The notes under the pieces are model-generated. The model was not told where the DNA came from, searched no databases, and worked only from the letters and a program-made list of their open reading frames with translations. The position numbers and the translations under genes are program-made. Positions 1-10,480 of a DNA stretch of 64,000 nucleotides are shown piece after piece. Every line of letters starts with the position of its first letter. The first letter of the stretch is position 1. Source of the DNA: Gammaproteobacteria bacterium (GTDB taxonomy: Bacteria; Pseudomonadota; Gammaproteobacteria; Eutrophobiales; Eutrophobiaceae); contig CBDEUK010000002.1 in assembly GCA_965243205.1 (NCBI GenBank), positions 2,016,001-2,080,000 of the forward strand, in the 5' to 3' direction.

Positions 1-2
1 GT

Positions 3-350
3 CGCGCACAAAACTCTTATCGTGGTTTAGTCAAAGTGACTAAGAATGCAGACGGCGCGCGTAACTTTACCCAATGTGATTCATTGTTAATGGGTGAACG
101 TTGTGGTGCTCATACTTTCCCTTATATAGAAGCACAAAATTCTTCTGCACAAATTGAACATGAAGCGACGACATCTAAAATTGGCGAAGACCAATTGTTT
201 TATTGTATGCAACGTGGCATTTCTGAAGAAGATGCTGTGAACATGATTGTGAATGGTTTTTGTAAAGAAGTATTTAAAGAATTGCCAATGGAGTTTGCGG
301 TTGAAGCACAAAAACTATTAGGCGTAACTTTAGAAGGTGCTGTTGGATAA
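3..350 (+). CDS. sufB: Fe-S cluster assembly protein SufB, C-terminal part (5' end outside window)
   Basis: Frame open from window start ([12 protein letters not shown]...); [26 protein letters not shown] and [10 protein letters not shown] motifs; precedes sufC. Confidence 0.95.
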   Translation, partial: RAQNSYRGLVKVTKNADGARNFTQCDSLLMGERCGAHTFPYIEAQNSSAQIEHEATTSKIGEDQLFYCMQRGISEEDAVNMIVNGFCKEVFKELPMEFAVEAQKLLGVTLEGAVG

Positions 351-379
351 GTCAGCACATTAATTATTATTATCGATGA

Positions 380-1141
380 GTGAGCAAAATGCTAAGCATA
401 AAAAATTTACAGTGCAAGATAGATGAAAAACAAATTCTAAAAGGTTTGGATTTAGAAGTTAAACCAGGTGAAGTTCACGCCATTATGGGACCTAACGGTT
501 CGGGTAAAAGTACTTTAGCCAATGTATTAGCTGGACGCGATGGTTATGAAGTGACTAATGGTAGTGTTCAGTTTGAAGAAAAAGATTTATTGGATTTATC
601 TCCAGAAGAACGTGCACGCGAAGGTGTATTCTTAGCGTTTCAATACCCAGTAGAAATTCCAGGCGTGAATAATGTTTACTTATTAAAAGCAGCCGTGAAT
701 GCGATACGTAAGCATCGAGGCGAACAAGAGCTGGATGCAATGGAATTTCTTTCCTTAGTGAAAGAAAAAATGAAAGTCGTTAAGTTAAAAGAAGATTTAT
801 TAAACCGTTCAGTAAACGAAGGTTTTTCTGGCGGTGAAAAGAAACGTAACGAAATCTTTCAAATGGCAGTGTTAGAGCCAAAACTGGCTATCTTAGATGA
901 AACTGACTCAGGCCTAGACATTGATGCATTAAAAATTGTTTCTGATGGTGTCAACAGTTTACGTAATGAAGAGCGTTCGATTATTTTAGTGACGCACTAT
1001 CAACGACTATTGGATCATATCAAACCTGATTTTGTACATGTGCTAAGCAATGGCAAGATCATTAAATCAGGTGGTCCAGAACTCGCGTTAGAGCTTGAAG
1101 AAAAAGGTTATGATTGGTTAACACAAGAGGCTGCTGCATGA
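380..1141 (+). CDS. sufC: Fe-S assembly ABC ATPase SufC
   Basis: Walker A GPNGSGKST, LAFQYPVEIPGV, NEGFSGGEKKRNE, LDETDSGLDIDAL. Confidence 0.97.
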   Translation: MSKMLSIKNLQCKIDEKQILKGLDLEVKPGEVHAIMGPNGSGKSTLANVLAGRDGYEVTNGSVQFEEKDLLDLSPEERAREGVFLAFQYPVEIPGVNNVYLLKAAVNAIRKHRGEQELDAMEFLSLVKEKMKVVKLKEDLLNRSVNEGFSGGEKKRNEIFQMAVLEPKLAILDETDSGLDIDALKIVSDGVNSLRNEERSIILVTHYQRLLDHIKPDFVHVLSNGKIIKSGGPELALELEEKGYDWLTQEAAA

Positions 1142-2463
1142 GTGCTGTTGAGTCATTAAGTGCTGAAGCTAAGCGGGTCCAAGAGAGAATAGGTCAAGAT
1201 GTTCTGACTATTCAACGATCACAGGCTCTGCAAAATTTTGAAAGTAATGGTTTCCCAACTCTAAGAAATGAACATTGGAAATATACCGATCTACGTCGTA
1301 TCGTAAACAAATCATTTTCTATTGATCAAGAAACAGCAAATGTTTCTAAACAAAACATTGATGCTGTTGCTTTTAAAGATTTAGATTGTTATCAGCTTGT
1401 TTTTGTTAATGGTAATTACAATGCAATGTTGTCATCGATTAATAATTTACCAGAAGGCATTATTATAAGTGATTTAAAGACTGCTATTGATGAACATTCT
1501 GAATTAATAGAAAGCAATATGAATCTTTCTAACGATGAGCGCACAGTTGCATTTAGTACATTAAACAGTTCTTTCTTAAACCAAGGTTGCTTTATTCACA
1601 TTGCAGACAACATAGTATTAGATAAACCGATTAATTTATTATATGCATCATCCACACAAGATGAATTGGTTAGCTCTCAACCTAGAAACATTATTGTTTA
1701 TGGAAATAATGCAGAAGCGACCATTATAGAGAGCTATTTTGGTTTAGATGAGTCGAGTTATTTTACTAATAGCGTGACTGAATTAAGTTTAAAGCAAAAT
1801 AGTCGTTGTCAGCATTATAAAATTCAACAAGAAAGTTTGAATGCATATCATGTTGGCAGTTTGAAAGTTTCACAACATAAAGATAGTAAATTGGATTCAC
1901 ATTCTATTTCATTAGGCGCTGCTTTAGCACGTAATGATATTCACAGTCAGTTAAGTGAAGCCGGTGCTGAAATTAATATGAATGGTTTATACGTGACAAA
2001 TAAAAAACAGCATGTTGATAACCATACCTTTGTGGAACACCTAGTACCTCATACGTTTAGCAATCAAATTTATCGTGGTGTGTTAGATGGTCATGGTCGA
2101 GGCGTATTCAATGGTAAAGTGATTGTTCATAAAGATGCACAAAAGATTGAAGCATATCAATCGAACGCTAATTTATTACTTTCTGATACTTCAGAAGTCG
2201 ATACAAAACCTGAACTGGAAATTTACGCAGATGATGTTAAATGTTCACATGGCGCAACTGTTGGGCAACTTGATGAAAACATGTTGTTCTATTTACGCTC
2301 GAGAGCTATTGATGAAGAAACCGCAAAAAGTTTATTAACTTTTGCATTTGCAGAGGAAGTAATTAAAGAGATTAAATTACAAGCTATACGTGAGCGTTTA
2401 GAAAGTAGTGTGATTGGTAAATTACCCGATGCGAATATTATTCAGGAGTTTGCTAATGAGTAG
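1138..2463 (+). CDS. sufD: Fe-S assembly protein SufD
   Basis: EHWKYT, KPELEIYADDVKCSHGATVG; ATG at 1138 overlaps the sufC stop (ATGA), preferred over the track start 1114. Confidence 0.93.
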   Translation: MSAVESLSAEAKRVQERIGQDVLTIQRSQALQNFESNGFPTLRNEHWKYTDLRRIVNKSFSIDQETANVSKQNIDAVAFKDLDCYQLVFVNGNYNAMLSSINNLPEGIIISDLKTAIDEHSELIESNMNLSNDERTVAFSTLNSSFLNQGCFIHIADNIVLDKPINLLYASSTQDELVSSQPRNIIVYGNNAEATIIESYFGLDESSYFTNSVTELSLKQNSRCQHYKIQQESLNAYHVGSLKVSQHKDSKLDSHSISLGAALARNDIHSQLSEAGAEINMNGLYVTNKKQHVDNHTFVEHLVPHTFSNQIYRGVLDGHGRGVFNGKVIVHKDAQKIEAYQSNANLLLSDTSEVDTKPELEIYADDVKCSHGATVGQLDENMLFYLRSRAIDEETAKSLLTFAFAEEVIKEIKLQAIRERLESSVIGKLPDANIIQEFANE

Positions 2464-3703
2464 TGTGATTTCTGAATTGCCATCGACATTTAATGTAGAT
2501 GATATTCGTAAAGATTTTCCCATTTTACAACAACAGGTAAACGGTAAACCATTAATTTATTTAGATAATGCAGCGTCCTCTCAAAAACCTTCTTGTGTCA
2601 TTGAAACATTAGATAAATATTATCGAGAATATAATTCTAATATTCATCGTGGCGTTCATAAGCTTAGTGAACTTGCTACGGTAGAATATGAGAAAGTACG
2701 CGATAAAATAAAACAGTTTATTCATGCAGATTCAATCAAAGAAATTATCTTCGTTCGAGGTGCAACAGAGGGTATTAACCTAGTAGCGCAAAGTTATGCG
2801 CGTAACGTTTTAACAGTTGGTGATGAAGTTATTATTACTGAATTGGAACATCACTCAAACATTGTTCCGTGGCAAATGGTATGCGAACAAACAGGTGCAA
2901 CTTTAAAATATGTTCCTATTAATGATACTGGTGAGCTTATTCAAGATGAATATGAAAAACTATTATCGAATAAAACGAAATTAGTTGCTCTAGGGCATAT
3001 ATCAAATGCCTTGGGTACGATTAATCCAGTTAAAGAGATGATTGCTAAAGCGCATGCAGTTGGTGCAAAAGTATTAGTCGATGGGGCTCAATCGGTACCG
3101 CATACTGTTGTTGATATGCAAGATCTTGATTGTGATTTTTTTGTTTTTTCTGGACATAAAATGTTTGGTCCTACGGGTATTGGTGTTTTATATGGTAAAC
3201 AATCATTACTCGAAGCTATGCCTCCGTATCATGGTGGTGGCGATATGATCCGTACTGTGAGCATGGAAAAAAGTACCTATGCACCTCTGCCAAATAAATT
3301 TGAAGCAGGTACACCACACATAGCAGGAGTGATTGGTTTAGGCAGTGCGGTTGACTATATGCAATCAGTCGGCGTGGAAAACATTGCTCAATACGAGCAT
3401 GAATTATTGGAATATGCTAATCAGCTTGCGCCTGACATTGCCGGTTTAAAACAAATCGGTACAGCTAAAGACAAAGCCAGCATATTTTCTTTTGTTTTGG
3501 AAAACATCCATCCGCATGATATGGGGACCATTCTTGATTCGGAAGGTGTAGCGATTCGTGCTGGTCATCATTGTGCGATGCCAGTGATGGAACGTTTTAA
3601 ACTTCCAGCAACTGCTCGCGCATCGTTTGCTTTTTATAATACCAAAGCTGAAATTGATGTTTTATTTAAAGCAATAGAAAAATGCAAAAGCATTTTTGGT
3701 TAA
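2456..3703 (+). CDS. sufS: Cysteine desulfurase SufS
   Basis: YLDNAASSQKP, SGHKMFGPTGIG (PLP Lys), RAGHHCA catalytic Cys; ATG at 2456. Confidence 0.95.
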   Translation: MSSVISELPSTFNVDDIRKDFPILQQQVNGKPLIYLDNAASSQKPSCVIETLDKYYREYNSNIHRGVHKLSELATVEYEKVRDKIKQFIHADSIKEIIFVRGATEGINLVAQSYARNVLTVGDEVIITELEHHSNIVPWQMVCEQTGATLKYVPINDTGELIQDEYEKLLSNKTKLVALGHISNALGTINPVKEMIAKAHAVGAKVLVDGAQSVPHTVVDMQDLDCDFFVFSGHKMFGPTGIGVLYGKQSLLEAMPPYHGGGDMIRTVSMEKSTYAPLPNKFEAGTPHIAGVIGLGSAVDYMQSVGVENIAQYEHELLEYANQLAPDIAGLKQIGTAKDKASIFSFVLENIHPHDMGTILDSEGVAIRAGHHCAMPVMERFKLPATARASFAFYNTKAEIDVLFKAIEKCKSIFG

Positions 3704-3725
3704 TAAATTCAGAGTAAATAATAAA

Positions 3726-4175
3726 ATGTTTGATTTACAAGATTTATATCAAGAAGTCATTGTTGATCATAATCGTAGCCCTCGTAACTTCGGTAAACTT
3801 GAAGATGCAACTGTGATGTTAGAAGGTTTTAACCCTTTGTGTGGTGATCGATTAACCTTATATTTGAAATCTGCAAATGACATTATTGAGGATGTACATT
3901 TTGATGGTTCTGGCTGTGCCATCTCGGTTGCTTCTGCGTCTTTAATGACTGAAGCGATGAAGGGCAAAACAATAGAACAAGCACAAGAAATCTTTAAAAA
4001 CTTTCATGATATGGTGACAAGTGAAGGAGAAGAAGTTGATATGGAAAAACTCGGTAAGCTTGCTGCACTGGCTGGCGTAAAAGAATATCCGAGTCGAATT
4101 AAATGCGCGACTTTATGTTGGCATACGTTGAATTCAGCTTTAAGTGGTAAAGACGAGCCAGTCAGTACGGAATAA
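3726..4175 (+). CDS. sufU: SufU (NifU/IscU-like) sulfur-transfer/scaffold protein
   Basis: LYQEVIVDH, NPLCGD, GSGCAISVASAS, RIKCATL; ATG at 3726. Confidence 0.9.
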   Translation: MFDLQDLYQEVIVDHNRSPRNFGKLEDATVMLEGFNPLCGDRLTLYLKSANDIIEDVHFDGSGCAISVASASLMTEAMKGKTIEQAQEIFKNFHDMVTSEGEEVDMEKLGKLAALAGVKEYPSRIKCATLCWHTLNSALSGKDEPVSTE

Positions 4176-4177
4176 TC

Positions 4178-4750
4178 ATGAGTACATACAATAATAATTA
4201 TGAACCAATCACTGTGATGCGTGATTGTGATGCAGTATTAATTCCTGCAGGTACCCCTATCACCTTACCCGAAGGTTCAGTGGTTTTTATCACTCAAGCC
4301 TTAGGTGGTTCTTATACAGTGAATGTGAATGGCAATTTAGCCAGAGTTGCTCCGCAAGATGCTGATGCTTTGGGTTTTGATAAAGATGAGCAAATTTCTG
4401 AACTAGTCATCGACAAAGAGCTGGTCGGTGATGGTTCCGTGAATGAAGATGAGATTTGGGAACAATTAAAAACCTGCTATGACCCTGAGATTCCAATCAA
4501 TATTGTCGAGCTAGGGTTAATCTACGAATGTAATATCACGCCGCTCGGTGCCGATGGTAATAAGGTCGATATATTAATGACTCTAACAGCGGTTGGTTGT
4601 GGTATGGGACAGTTCTTAGCGGATGATGTTAAAGCCAAAGTGGCTTCCGTTCAAAACGTAACCGATGTGAATGTTGAATTAACATTTGACCCTCCATGGT
4701 CTCAAGAAATGATGTCTGAAGCAGCTAAAATTCAAACAGGTCTATACTAA
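4178..4750 (+). CDS. sufT: Fe-S assembly protein SufT (DUF59 domain)
   Basis: ITQALGGSYTV, CYDPEIPINIVELGL, MTLTAVGCGMG, FDPPW. Confidence 0.9.
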   Translation: MSTYNNNYEPITVMRDCDAVLIPAGTPITLPEGSVVFITQALGGSYTVNVNGNLARVAPQDADALGFDKDEQISELVIDKELVGDGSVNEDEIWEQLKTCYDPEIPINIVELGLIYECNITPLGADGNKVDILMTLTAVGCGMGQFLADDVKAKVASVQNVTDVNVELTFDPPWSQEMMSEAAKIQTGLY

Positions 4751-4776
4751 ACATAAAAATAATAAAGAGAAAAATA

Positions 4777-5115
4777 ATGGAAATGTGGTTTGATGTGGCT
4801 CCAGTTGATGAATTGAAACCAGGCCAGGCTAAAATGATTGATGCCGACGATGTGTTTATTGCTGTATATAATGTCGATGGCGAATATTATGCGCTTGAGG
4901 ACACTTGTACACATGATAATGTGCCGATTTTGGCATGTGGCTTACCATTAGAAGAGACAATAGATGGTGATCAAATTATTTGCCCTCGTCATGGCGCACG
5001 GTTTGAAATAAAAACCGGTAAAGCCTTAACACCTCCAGCATATGAAGATGTCAGCACATTTCCCGTGCGAATTGAAAACGGCATGGTTCAAGTTAGAGAT
5101 AATCGCTGGGATTAG
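4777..5115 (+). CDS. Rieske [2Fe-2S] ferredoxin
   Basis: CTH...CPRHGARF ligand motifs; last gene of the suf operon. Confidence 0.9.
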   Translation: MEMWFDVAPVDELKPGQAKMIDADDVFIAVYNVDGEYYALEDTCTHDNVPILACGLPLEETIDGDQIICPRHGARFEIKTGKALTPPAYEDVSTFPVRIENGMVQVRDNRWD

Positions 5116-5198
5116 CCTTAAAAATACCTCATTTTCAATGTTTTAGCGTATAATCGCGACAAATAATAAATTTGTATACGAAATTTTGAGGAAAACAA

Positions 5199-5636
5199 AT
5201 GGCAGTAACCCAAACCCTATCAATCATCAAACCGGATGCCGTACGAAATAATCATATTGGTGGCATTTATAAGATGCTTGAGAATAATGAGCTTAATATC
5301 GTCGCAGCGAAGATGATGCATTTATCGGAAGAGAAAGCTAAACAATTCTATGCTGAACATGACGGTAAACATTTTTTTGATTCACTGATTAATTTCATGA
5401 CATCTGGTCCGATTATGGTTCAGGTGCTAGCAGGCGAAGATGCTATTACGCGCTATCGTAAACTTATGGGAGCAACCAATCCAATGGAAGCTGAGCCAGG
5501 AACGATTCGTGGTGAGTTTTCGGCTAAAGAAAATATGACTGAAAATGCAGTACATGGTTCGGACAGTGAAGAATCTGCAGCAAGAGAGAGTGCGTTTTTC
5601 TTTTCATCTGACGAGATATTTGCAAACAGACTATAA
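5199..5636 (+). CDS. ndk: Nucleoside diphosphate kinase
   Basis: [24 protein letters not shown]; RBS GAGG upstream. Confidence 0.97.
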   Translation: MAVTQTLSIIKPDAVRNNHIGGIYKMLENNELNIVAAKMMHLSEEKAKQFYAEHDGKHFFDSLINFMTSGPIMVQVLAGEDAITRYRKLMGATNPMEAEPGTIRGEFSAKENMTENAVHGSDSEESAARESAFFFSSDEIFANRL

Positions 5637-5644
5637 TCATCAGA

Positions 5645-6736
5645 ATGAATACACAAACCAATTTGCTGAATTTTGATCGAAGTTCGATGGCGAACTACTT
5701 TGCTTCGACTGGAGAAAAGCCGTTTCGTGCAAACCAGATCATGCAATGGATACATCAAAAAGGTGTGACTGATTTTCAGCAGATGACCAATATTAGTATA
5801 GCCTTGCGTGATAGTTTAGAACAATCTGCCAATATTGTGTTTCCAGAAATTATTCATGAACAAGTTTCAAAGGATGGCACTTATAAATGGTTGATGAATG
5901 TCGATGGTGGAGGCAATAGTGTTGAAACGGTTTTTATTCCAGAAGAAAATCGTGGCACTTTATGTATCTCTTCACAAATTGGTTGTCCCTTGGACTGCCA
6001 GTTTTGTTCAACAGCGAAACAAGGTTTTAATCGCAATCTAAGTACTGCTGAAATTATTGCACAACTATGGTTAGCGAATGAACGTTTAGGTTCTTTTAAT
6101 GATCAACAACGTCGTATTACCAATGTAGTTATGATGGGTATGGGTGAACCATTACTGAATTTTGATAACGTTGTGCCAGCATTAGAAATCATGAAAGATG
6201 ATTTAGCATATAACTTATCAAGAAGAAGAGTTACAGTCAGTACCGCTGGTTTAGTGCCAGGCATAGATCGATTAGCGCAATCTACAGAAGTCGCGTTAGC
6301 GGTTTCATTACATGCACCGAATAATGAGTTACGCGATCAGATAGTACCGATCAATAAAACCTATCCGCTGGAAGAACTCTTGGCAGCGTGCAGTCGATAT
6401 GCCAAGATACATGGAGGCGAATCGATTACATTTGAATACGTTATGTTAGATGGTGTGAATGATCATTTAGTACATGCTAAACAGCTTGCAAAAGTGTTGT
6501 CTGGCTTGCCTGCAAAAATTAATCTGATTCCGTTTAATCCTTTCCCTGGTGCAGATTATCGATGTTCATCAAATACCGCGATTACAAAATTTAAAGAGCA
6601 ATTATTGAAGAAAGGTTTCATTACTACAGTACGTAAAACCCGCGGTGATGATATTGATGCTGCATGTGGTCAGCTTGTTGGAAAAGTGCTTGCAAAGGCC
6701 AAACGTCATCAAACAAAACTAGATTGTTCAAAATGA
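5645..6736 (+). CDS. rlmN: 23S rRNA/tRNA m2A radical SAM methyltransferase RlmN
   Basis: [30 protein letters not shown]. Confidence 0.96.
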   Translation: MNTQTNLLNFDRSSMANYFASTGEKPFRANQIMQWIHQKGVTDFQQMTNISIALRDSLEQSANIVFPEIIHEQVSKDGTYKWLMNVDGGGNSVETVFIPEENRGTLCISSQIGCPLDCQFCSTAKQGFNRNLSTAEIIAQLWLANERLGSFNDQQRRITNVVMMGMGEPLLNFDNVVPALEIMKDDLAYNLSRRRVTVSTAGLVPGIDRLAQSTEVALAVSLHAPNNELRDQIVPINKTYPLEELLAACSRYAKIHGGESITFEYVMLDGVNDHLVHAKQLAKVLSGLPAKINLIPFNPFPGADYRCSSNTAITKFKEQLLKKGFITTVRKTRGDDIDAACGQLVGKVLAKAKRHQTKLDCSK

Positions 6737-7506
6737 AAAAAATTATCAAACTTAGTCCATTATTAATTTCATTCGTTTTAACGGCTTGTGCACCAGCTGC
6801 ACCAAACTCGAGTAATGTAAAACCGACTCAAACGTCTAATAGTGAAATTGCAATTGCAAACTTACGTTTAGGTACGGCTTATATGGAAAAAGGTGAGTAT
6901 GAAAAATCTTTACAGAAGTTGAATAAAGCACTTAAAGCCGATCCTGATTATCATGCAACATTAAATGTTTTAGGTGTTTTACATCAACGCATGGGTGAAA
7001 AAGACTTAGCTGAGCAATATTTTAAAAAATCATTAAATAAAAGTCCCAGTCAACCATCTACTTTAAATAATTATGGCCAGTTTTTATGTTCCATTGCTAG
7101 ATATGAAGAAGCCGAACAGTCATTTTTAAAAGCAGCAAATAATCCTTTATATCCGTCTCCAGAGATTGCCAATACGAATGCTGGTACCTGTGCAATGCGC
7201 AATAAACTCTATGACAAAGCAGAAGGTTTTTTTAGACAAGCCTTAGAACAAAATCCACGAGTGCCTGCAGCATTAATACAAATGGCTGAAATTAATGTAA
7301 TTCAAGAAAACTATTTATCGGCTAGGGCTTACATTCAACGTTATTCTCAAGTTGCTCGTCATAATGCAAAAAGTCTTTGGCTTGGTGTACAAACGGAAAG
7401 TAAATTAGGTGATAGCGATGCTATGTCTAGTTACGCTTTATTATTAAAGAATAGTTTTCCAGATAGTGAAGAAACTAAACTACTACTACAATCAGGATTG
7501 TTGTAG
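6733..7506 (+). CDS. pilW: Type IV pilus pilotin lipoprotein PilW/PilF (TPR)
   Basis: Lipobox LTAC, TPR repeats, NNYGQFLC; sits between rlmN and rodZ; ATG at 6733. Confidence 0.85.
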   Translation: MKKIIKLSPLLISFVLTACAPAAPNSSNVKPTQTSNSEIAIANLRLGTAYMEKGEYEKSLQKLNKALKADPDYHATLNVLGVLHQRMGEKDLAEQYFKKSLNKSPSQPSTLNNYGQFLCSIARYEEAEQSFLKAANNPLYPSPEIANTNAGTCAMRNKLYDKAEGFFRQALEQNPRVPAALIQMAEINVIQENYLSARAYIQRYSQVARHNAKSLWLGVQTESKLGDSDAMSSYALLLKNSFPDSEETKLLLQSGLL

Positions 7507-7508
7507 AT

Positions 7509-8426
7509 ATGACTGATAAACCTGAACAGGCTAAGTTAAGTCTTGATACACCAGGACAGCTTTTGCGTGATGCGCGTGAAGCTAAACAGCTTGAACAAAC
7601 TGATGTCAGTCAACGTTTGAGACTAAATATCGACATTATTGATGCAGTTGAGAATGATGATTATGAACGTCTTTCTGTACCAACATATGTACGGGGTTAT
7701 TTAAGAAGCTATGCTAAATTAGTGGATGTTGATGATGAGTCATTAATTGGTCTTTATAATAGCTTTTTAGAAAATGATAACGATCCAGAAATTATTCCCG
7801 AAGTTTCTCAAAAATCACAAATTTCTAGTAGTGACAAACCCGTTAAAATAGTTACGTATCTCATTTCATTTGCTTTGATACTTTTGCTATTAGCATGGTG
7901 GCAAAGTAAATATTTAATTAGTGAAGACAAAGAGGTCATGGCAACAGAATCTGAAACTACGAATACAAATGATTCTGAAGGCGTTAAACCTGCGTTCAAT
8001 TATAGTTATAACATTATTACTCATCCAGATAATTTCAGTGTTGAAGTAGCAGAGACTAAACAAAGTTTTGAACAAGATACTATCTTGAATGAAACACCTA
8101 CAATTCAAACAGTTGATTCAATTGTTCCATCAGTTGATACAGTTAATGACTCAACAGTAATAAGTTCGAATCCATCGTCTGGTGAGACGGGTAAATTAAA
8201 ATTATTCGTTGATAAAGAATCCTGGATAGAAGTTTATAATACGAATGATAGGAAATTATTTCAGAAACTTGCGCAGCCAGGTTCTGTGGTAAATATTACT
8301 GGATTAACCCCACTTTCAGTCTTAATCGGTTTTGCCGACGGTGTTCGCGTTGAATTTGATGGCAAAGCAGTTGATACGGTGCCGTTCACACGGGCTAACG
8401 TTGCCCGCTTAACATTAGGCGAGTAG
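7509..8426 (+). CDS. rodZ: Cytoskeleton protein RodZ
   Basis: N-terminal HTH (PGQLLRDARE...YVRGYLRSYAKLV), one TM helix, C-terminal SWIEV...NVARLTL domain. Confidence 0.88.
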   Translation: MTDKPEQAKLSLDTPGQLLRDAREAKQLEQTDVSQRLRLNIDIIDAVENDDYERLSVPTYVRGYLRSYAKLVDVDDESLIGLYNSFLENDNDPEIIPEVSQKSQISSSDKPVKIVTYLISFALILLLLAWWQSKYLISEDKEVMATESETTNTNDSEGVKPAFNYSYNIITHPDNFSVEVAETKQSFEQDTILNETPTIQTVDSIVPSVDTVNDSTVISSNPSSGETGKLKLFVDKESWIEVYNTNDRKLFQKLAQPGSVVNITGLTPLSVLIGFADGVRVEFDGKAVDTVPFTRANVARLTLGE

Positions 8427-8463
8427 TAAAACAATAAAATTAATTTTCCAAGAGGTATCTTGA

Positions 8464-9738
8464 GTGTCTGGCAAGTTACAAGCCATCCGCGGTATGCGCG
8501 ATCTATTACCACCTGAAACACATCAGTGGCGATGTTTAGAAGAACTAACTCAATCGTTATTTGAACGCTATGGTTATCAAGAAATACGTACCCCAATACT
8601 AGAAAAAACTGAATTATTTCATCGTTCGATTGGTGAATTAACAGATATCGTCTCCAAAGAGATGTATAGCTTTGATGATAAAAATGGCGATGGCTTAACT
8701 TTAAGACCAGAGGGCACAGCTTCAACTGTCCGCGCAGGCATTGAACATGGGTTGTTTAGTAACCAGCAAGTCCAAAAACTTTGGTATCGTGGCCCTATGT
8801 TTCGTCATGAAAGGCCACAATTAGGTCGCCAACGTCAGTTTCATCAAATAGGTGTCGAGGCATTTGGGCTTGAAGGGCCAGATATCGATGCAGAACTTTT
8901 ATTAATGACAGCACGTCTGTGGCAAGAATTAAACATTCAAGACGTTAGTCTCGAAATTAATAGTCTAGGTACTACGGAATCAAGAGCCAGCTATCGAGAA
9001 AAGCTGATAGAGTATTTTTCTAATAATAAAGATCAACTAGACGAAGATAGTCTTAAGCGGCTGGAGAAAAATCCGTTAAGAATACTGGATAGCAAGAATC
9101 CTGATTTAAGTGAATTAATTAAGCAAGCGCCCGAATTTTTTGATTACATAGATGATGAATCGAAAGCGCATTTCGATACTTTATGTGAATATTTATCGGA
9201 TAATAATGTTGAATATATCGTGAACCCAAGGTTGGTCAGAGGGCTTGATTACTACAGTAAAACTGTATTTGAATGGGTGACTGAGCAGCTTGGTGCACAA
9301 GGGACTATTTGCGCGGGTGGGCGCTACGATGGGTTAGTTACACAATTTTCAGCAAAACCAACTCCAGCTATTGGATTTGCAATGGGTGTTGAGAGAATCA
9401 TGGGCCTGTTAGAAGCAAATCAGCAAAAATTCCCTGAGTATATTCCAAGCGCATACTTAATTTGTGTAGGAGATGGAGCCAGCAAACAAGGAATCCAATT
9501 GGCTGAGAAAATACGCTCAGAGTTAAACAATTTTTCACTAATATGCCATCACGGAGGCGGTAGTTTTAAAAGTCAGTTTAAAAAAGCTGATAAAAGTGGG
9601 GCAAAACTAGCTCTCATTTTGGGAGAGGTTGAGGTTCAAAATCAGACAATAGGCATCAAATTTTTGCGCGAAGACAAGGAGCAAATTACCTGTGCTCAGT
9701 CTGAACTTACTGCAAAATTAAGCGATCTAATTGTCTAA
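8464..9738 (+). CDS. hisS: Histidine--tRNA ligase
   Basis: LRPEGTA, FRHERPQ, LVRGLDYY, AGGRYDGL. Confidence 0.97.
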   Translation: MSGKLQAIRGMRDLLPPETHQWRCLEELTQSLFERYGYQEIRTPILEKTELFHRSIGELTDIVSKEMYSFDDKNGDGLTLRPEGTASTVRAGIEHGLFSNQQVQKLWYRGPMFRHERPQLGRQRQFHQIGVEAFGLEGPDIDAELLLMTARLWQELNIQDVSLEINSLGTTESRASYREKLIEYFSNNKDQLDEDSLKRLEKNPLRILDSKNPDLSELIKQAPEFFDYIDDESKAHFDTLCEYLSDNNVEYIVNPRLVRGLDYYSKTVFEWVTEQLGAQGTICAGGRYDGLVTQFSAKPTPAIGFAMGVERIMGLLEANQQKFPEYIPSAYLICVGDGASKQGIQLAEKIRSELNNFSLICHHGGGSFKSQFKKADKSGAKLALILGEVEVQNQTIGIKFLREDKEQITCAQSELTAKLSDLIV

Positions 9739-9824
9739 AACGCAGCTAAAATGCTGAATCTTTCATTGATTATCGGCACTAGCATCATTATGATCCGACA
9801 GCTTAGAAATACGAGGACACAGTT

Positions 9825-10466
9825 TTGGCGGAAACTTACAGTACAGAAGAACAAGAAATAGAAGCGGTAAAGAAATGGTGGAAAGAGAACGGTCTGCCAA
9901 TTGGTTTAGGCTTAGTGATTGGCTTAGGCGGCCTATTTGGCTGGCGTGGGTATCAAGCACATCAAGAACAACAAGCAATTGCTGCCTCGGATATTTACTC
10001 AGCGCTGTTAGCGCAAACTCGCAATAAAGAACTCGATGAGGCGAAGGGTACAGCGGAAAAAATCATCGCAGAATACCAAGATACTAAGTACGCTGTTTAC
10101 AGTTCGATGATCTTGGCAAAAATCGCAATAGAAGATTCTGATTATGTAACTGCAAAGCAACATCTACAGTTTGCAAAAGAGCATGCTGATGATGATGAAC
10201 TACAATCCCTTGCTGGTTTACGTTTAGCAAGAGTTGCTTTTGCTGAGGGTAATTTTGCTGAGACACAAAAACTATTAGCTTCGGTTAACGGTGATGCTTA
10301 TGCTGCATCTGTGGCGGAACTAAAAGGCGATATTTTTTCTCAGCAAGGTGATTTATCCAAAGCGCGCGAAGAATACGCATTAGCATTATCAAAATCTGAA
10401 GCAGATACAGGAAGCTATCAAATACTTGAAATGAAATTGGATTCTGTTGGTAACAGCATCAACTAA
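9825..10466 (+). CDS. yfgM: YfgM family TPR membrane chaperone
   Basis: EEQEIEAVKKWWKENG plus TM helix, LRLARV; hisS-yfgM-bamB synteny. Confidence 0.88.
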   Translation: MAETYSTEEQEIEAVKKWWKENGLPIGLGLVIGLGGLFGWRGYQAHQEQQAIAASDIYSALLAQTRNKELDEAKGTAEKIIAEYQDTKYAVYSSMILAKIAIEDSDYVTAKQHLQFAKEHADDDELQSLAGLRLARVAFAEGNFAETQKLLASVNGDAYAASVAELKGDIFSQQGDLSKAREEYALALSKSEADTGSYQILEMKLDSVGNSIN

Positions 10467-10480
10467 ACGTTGTTCATCTA

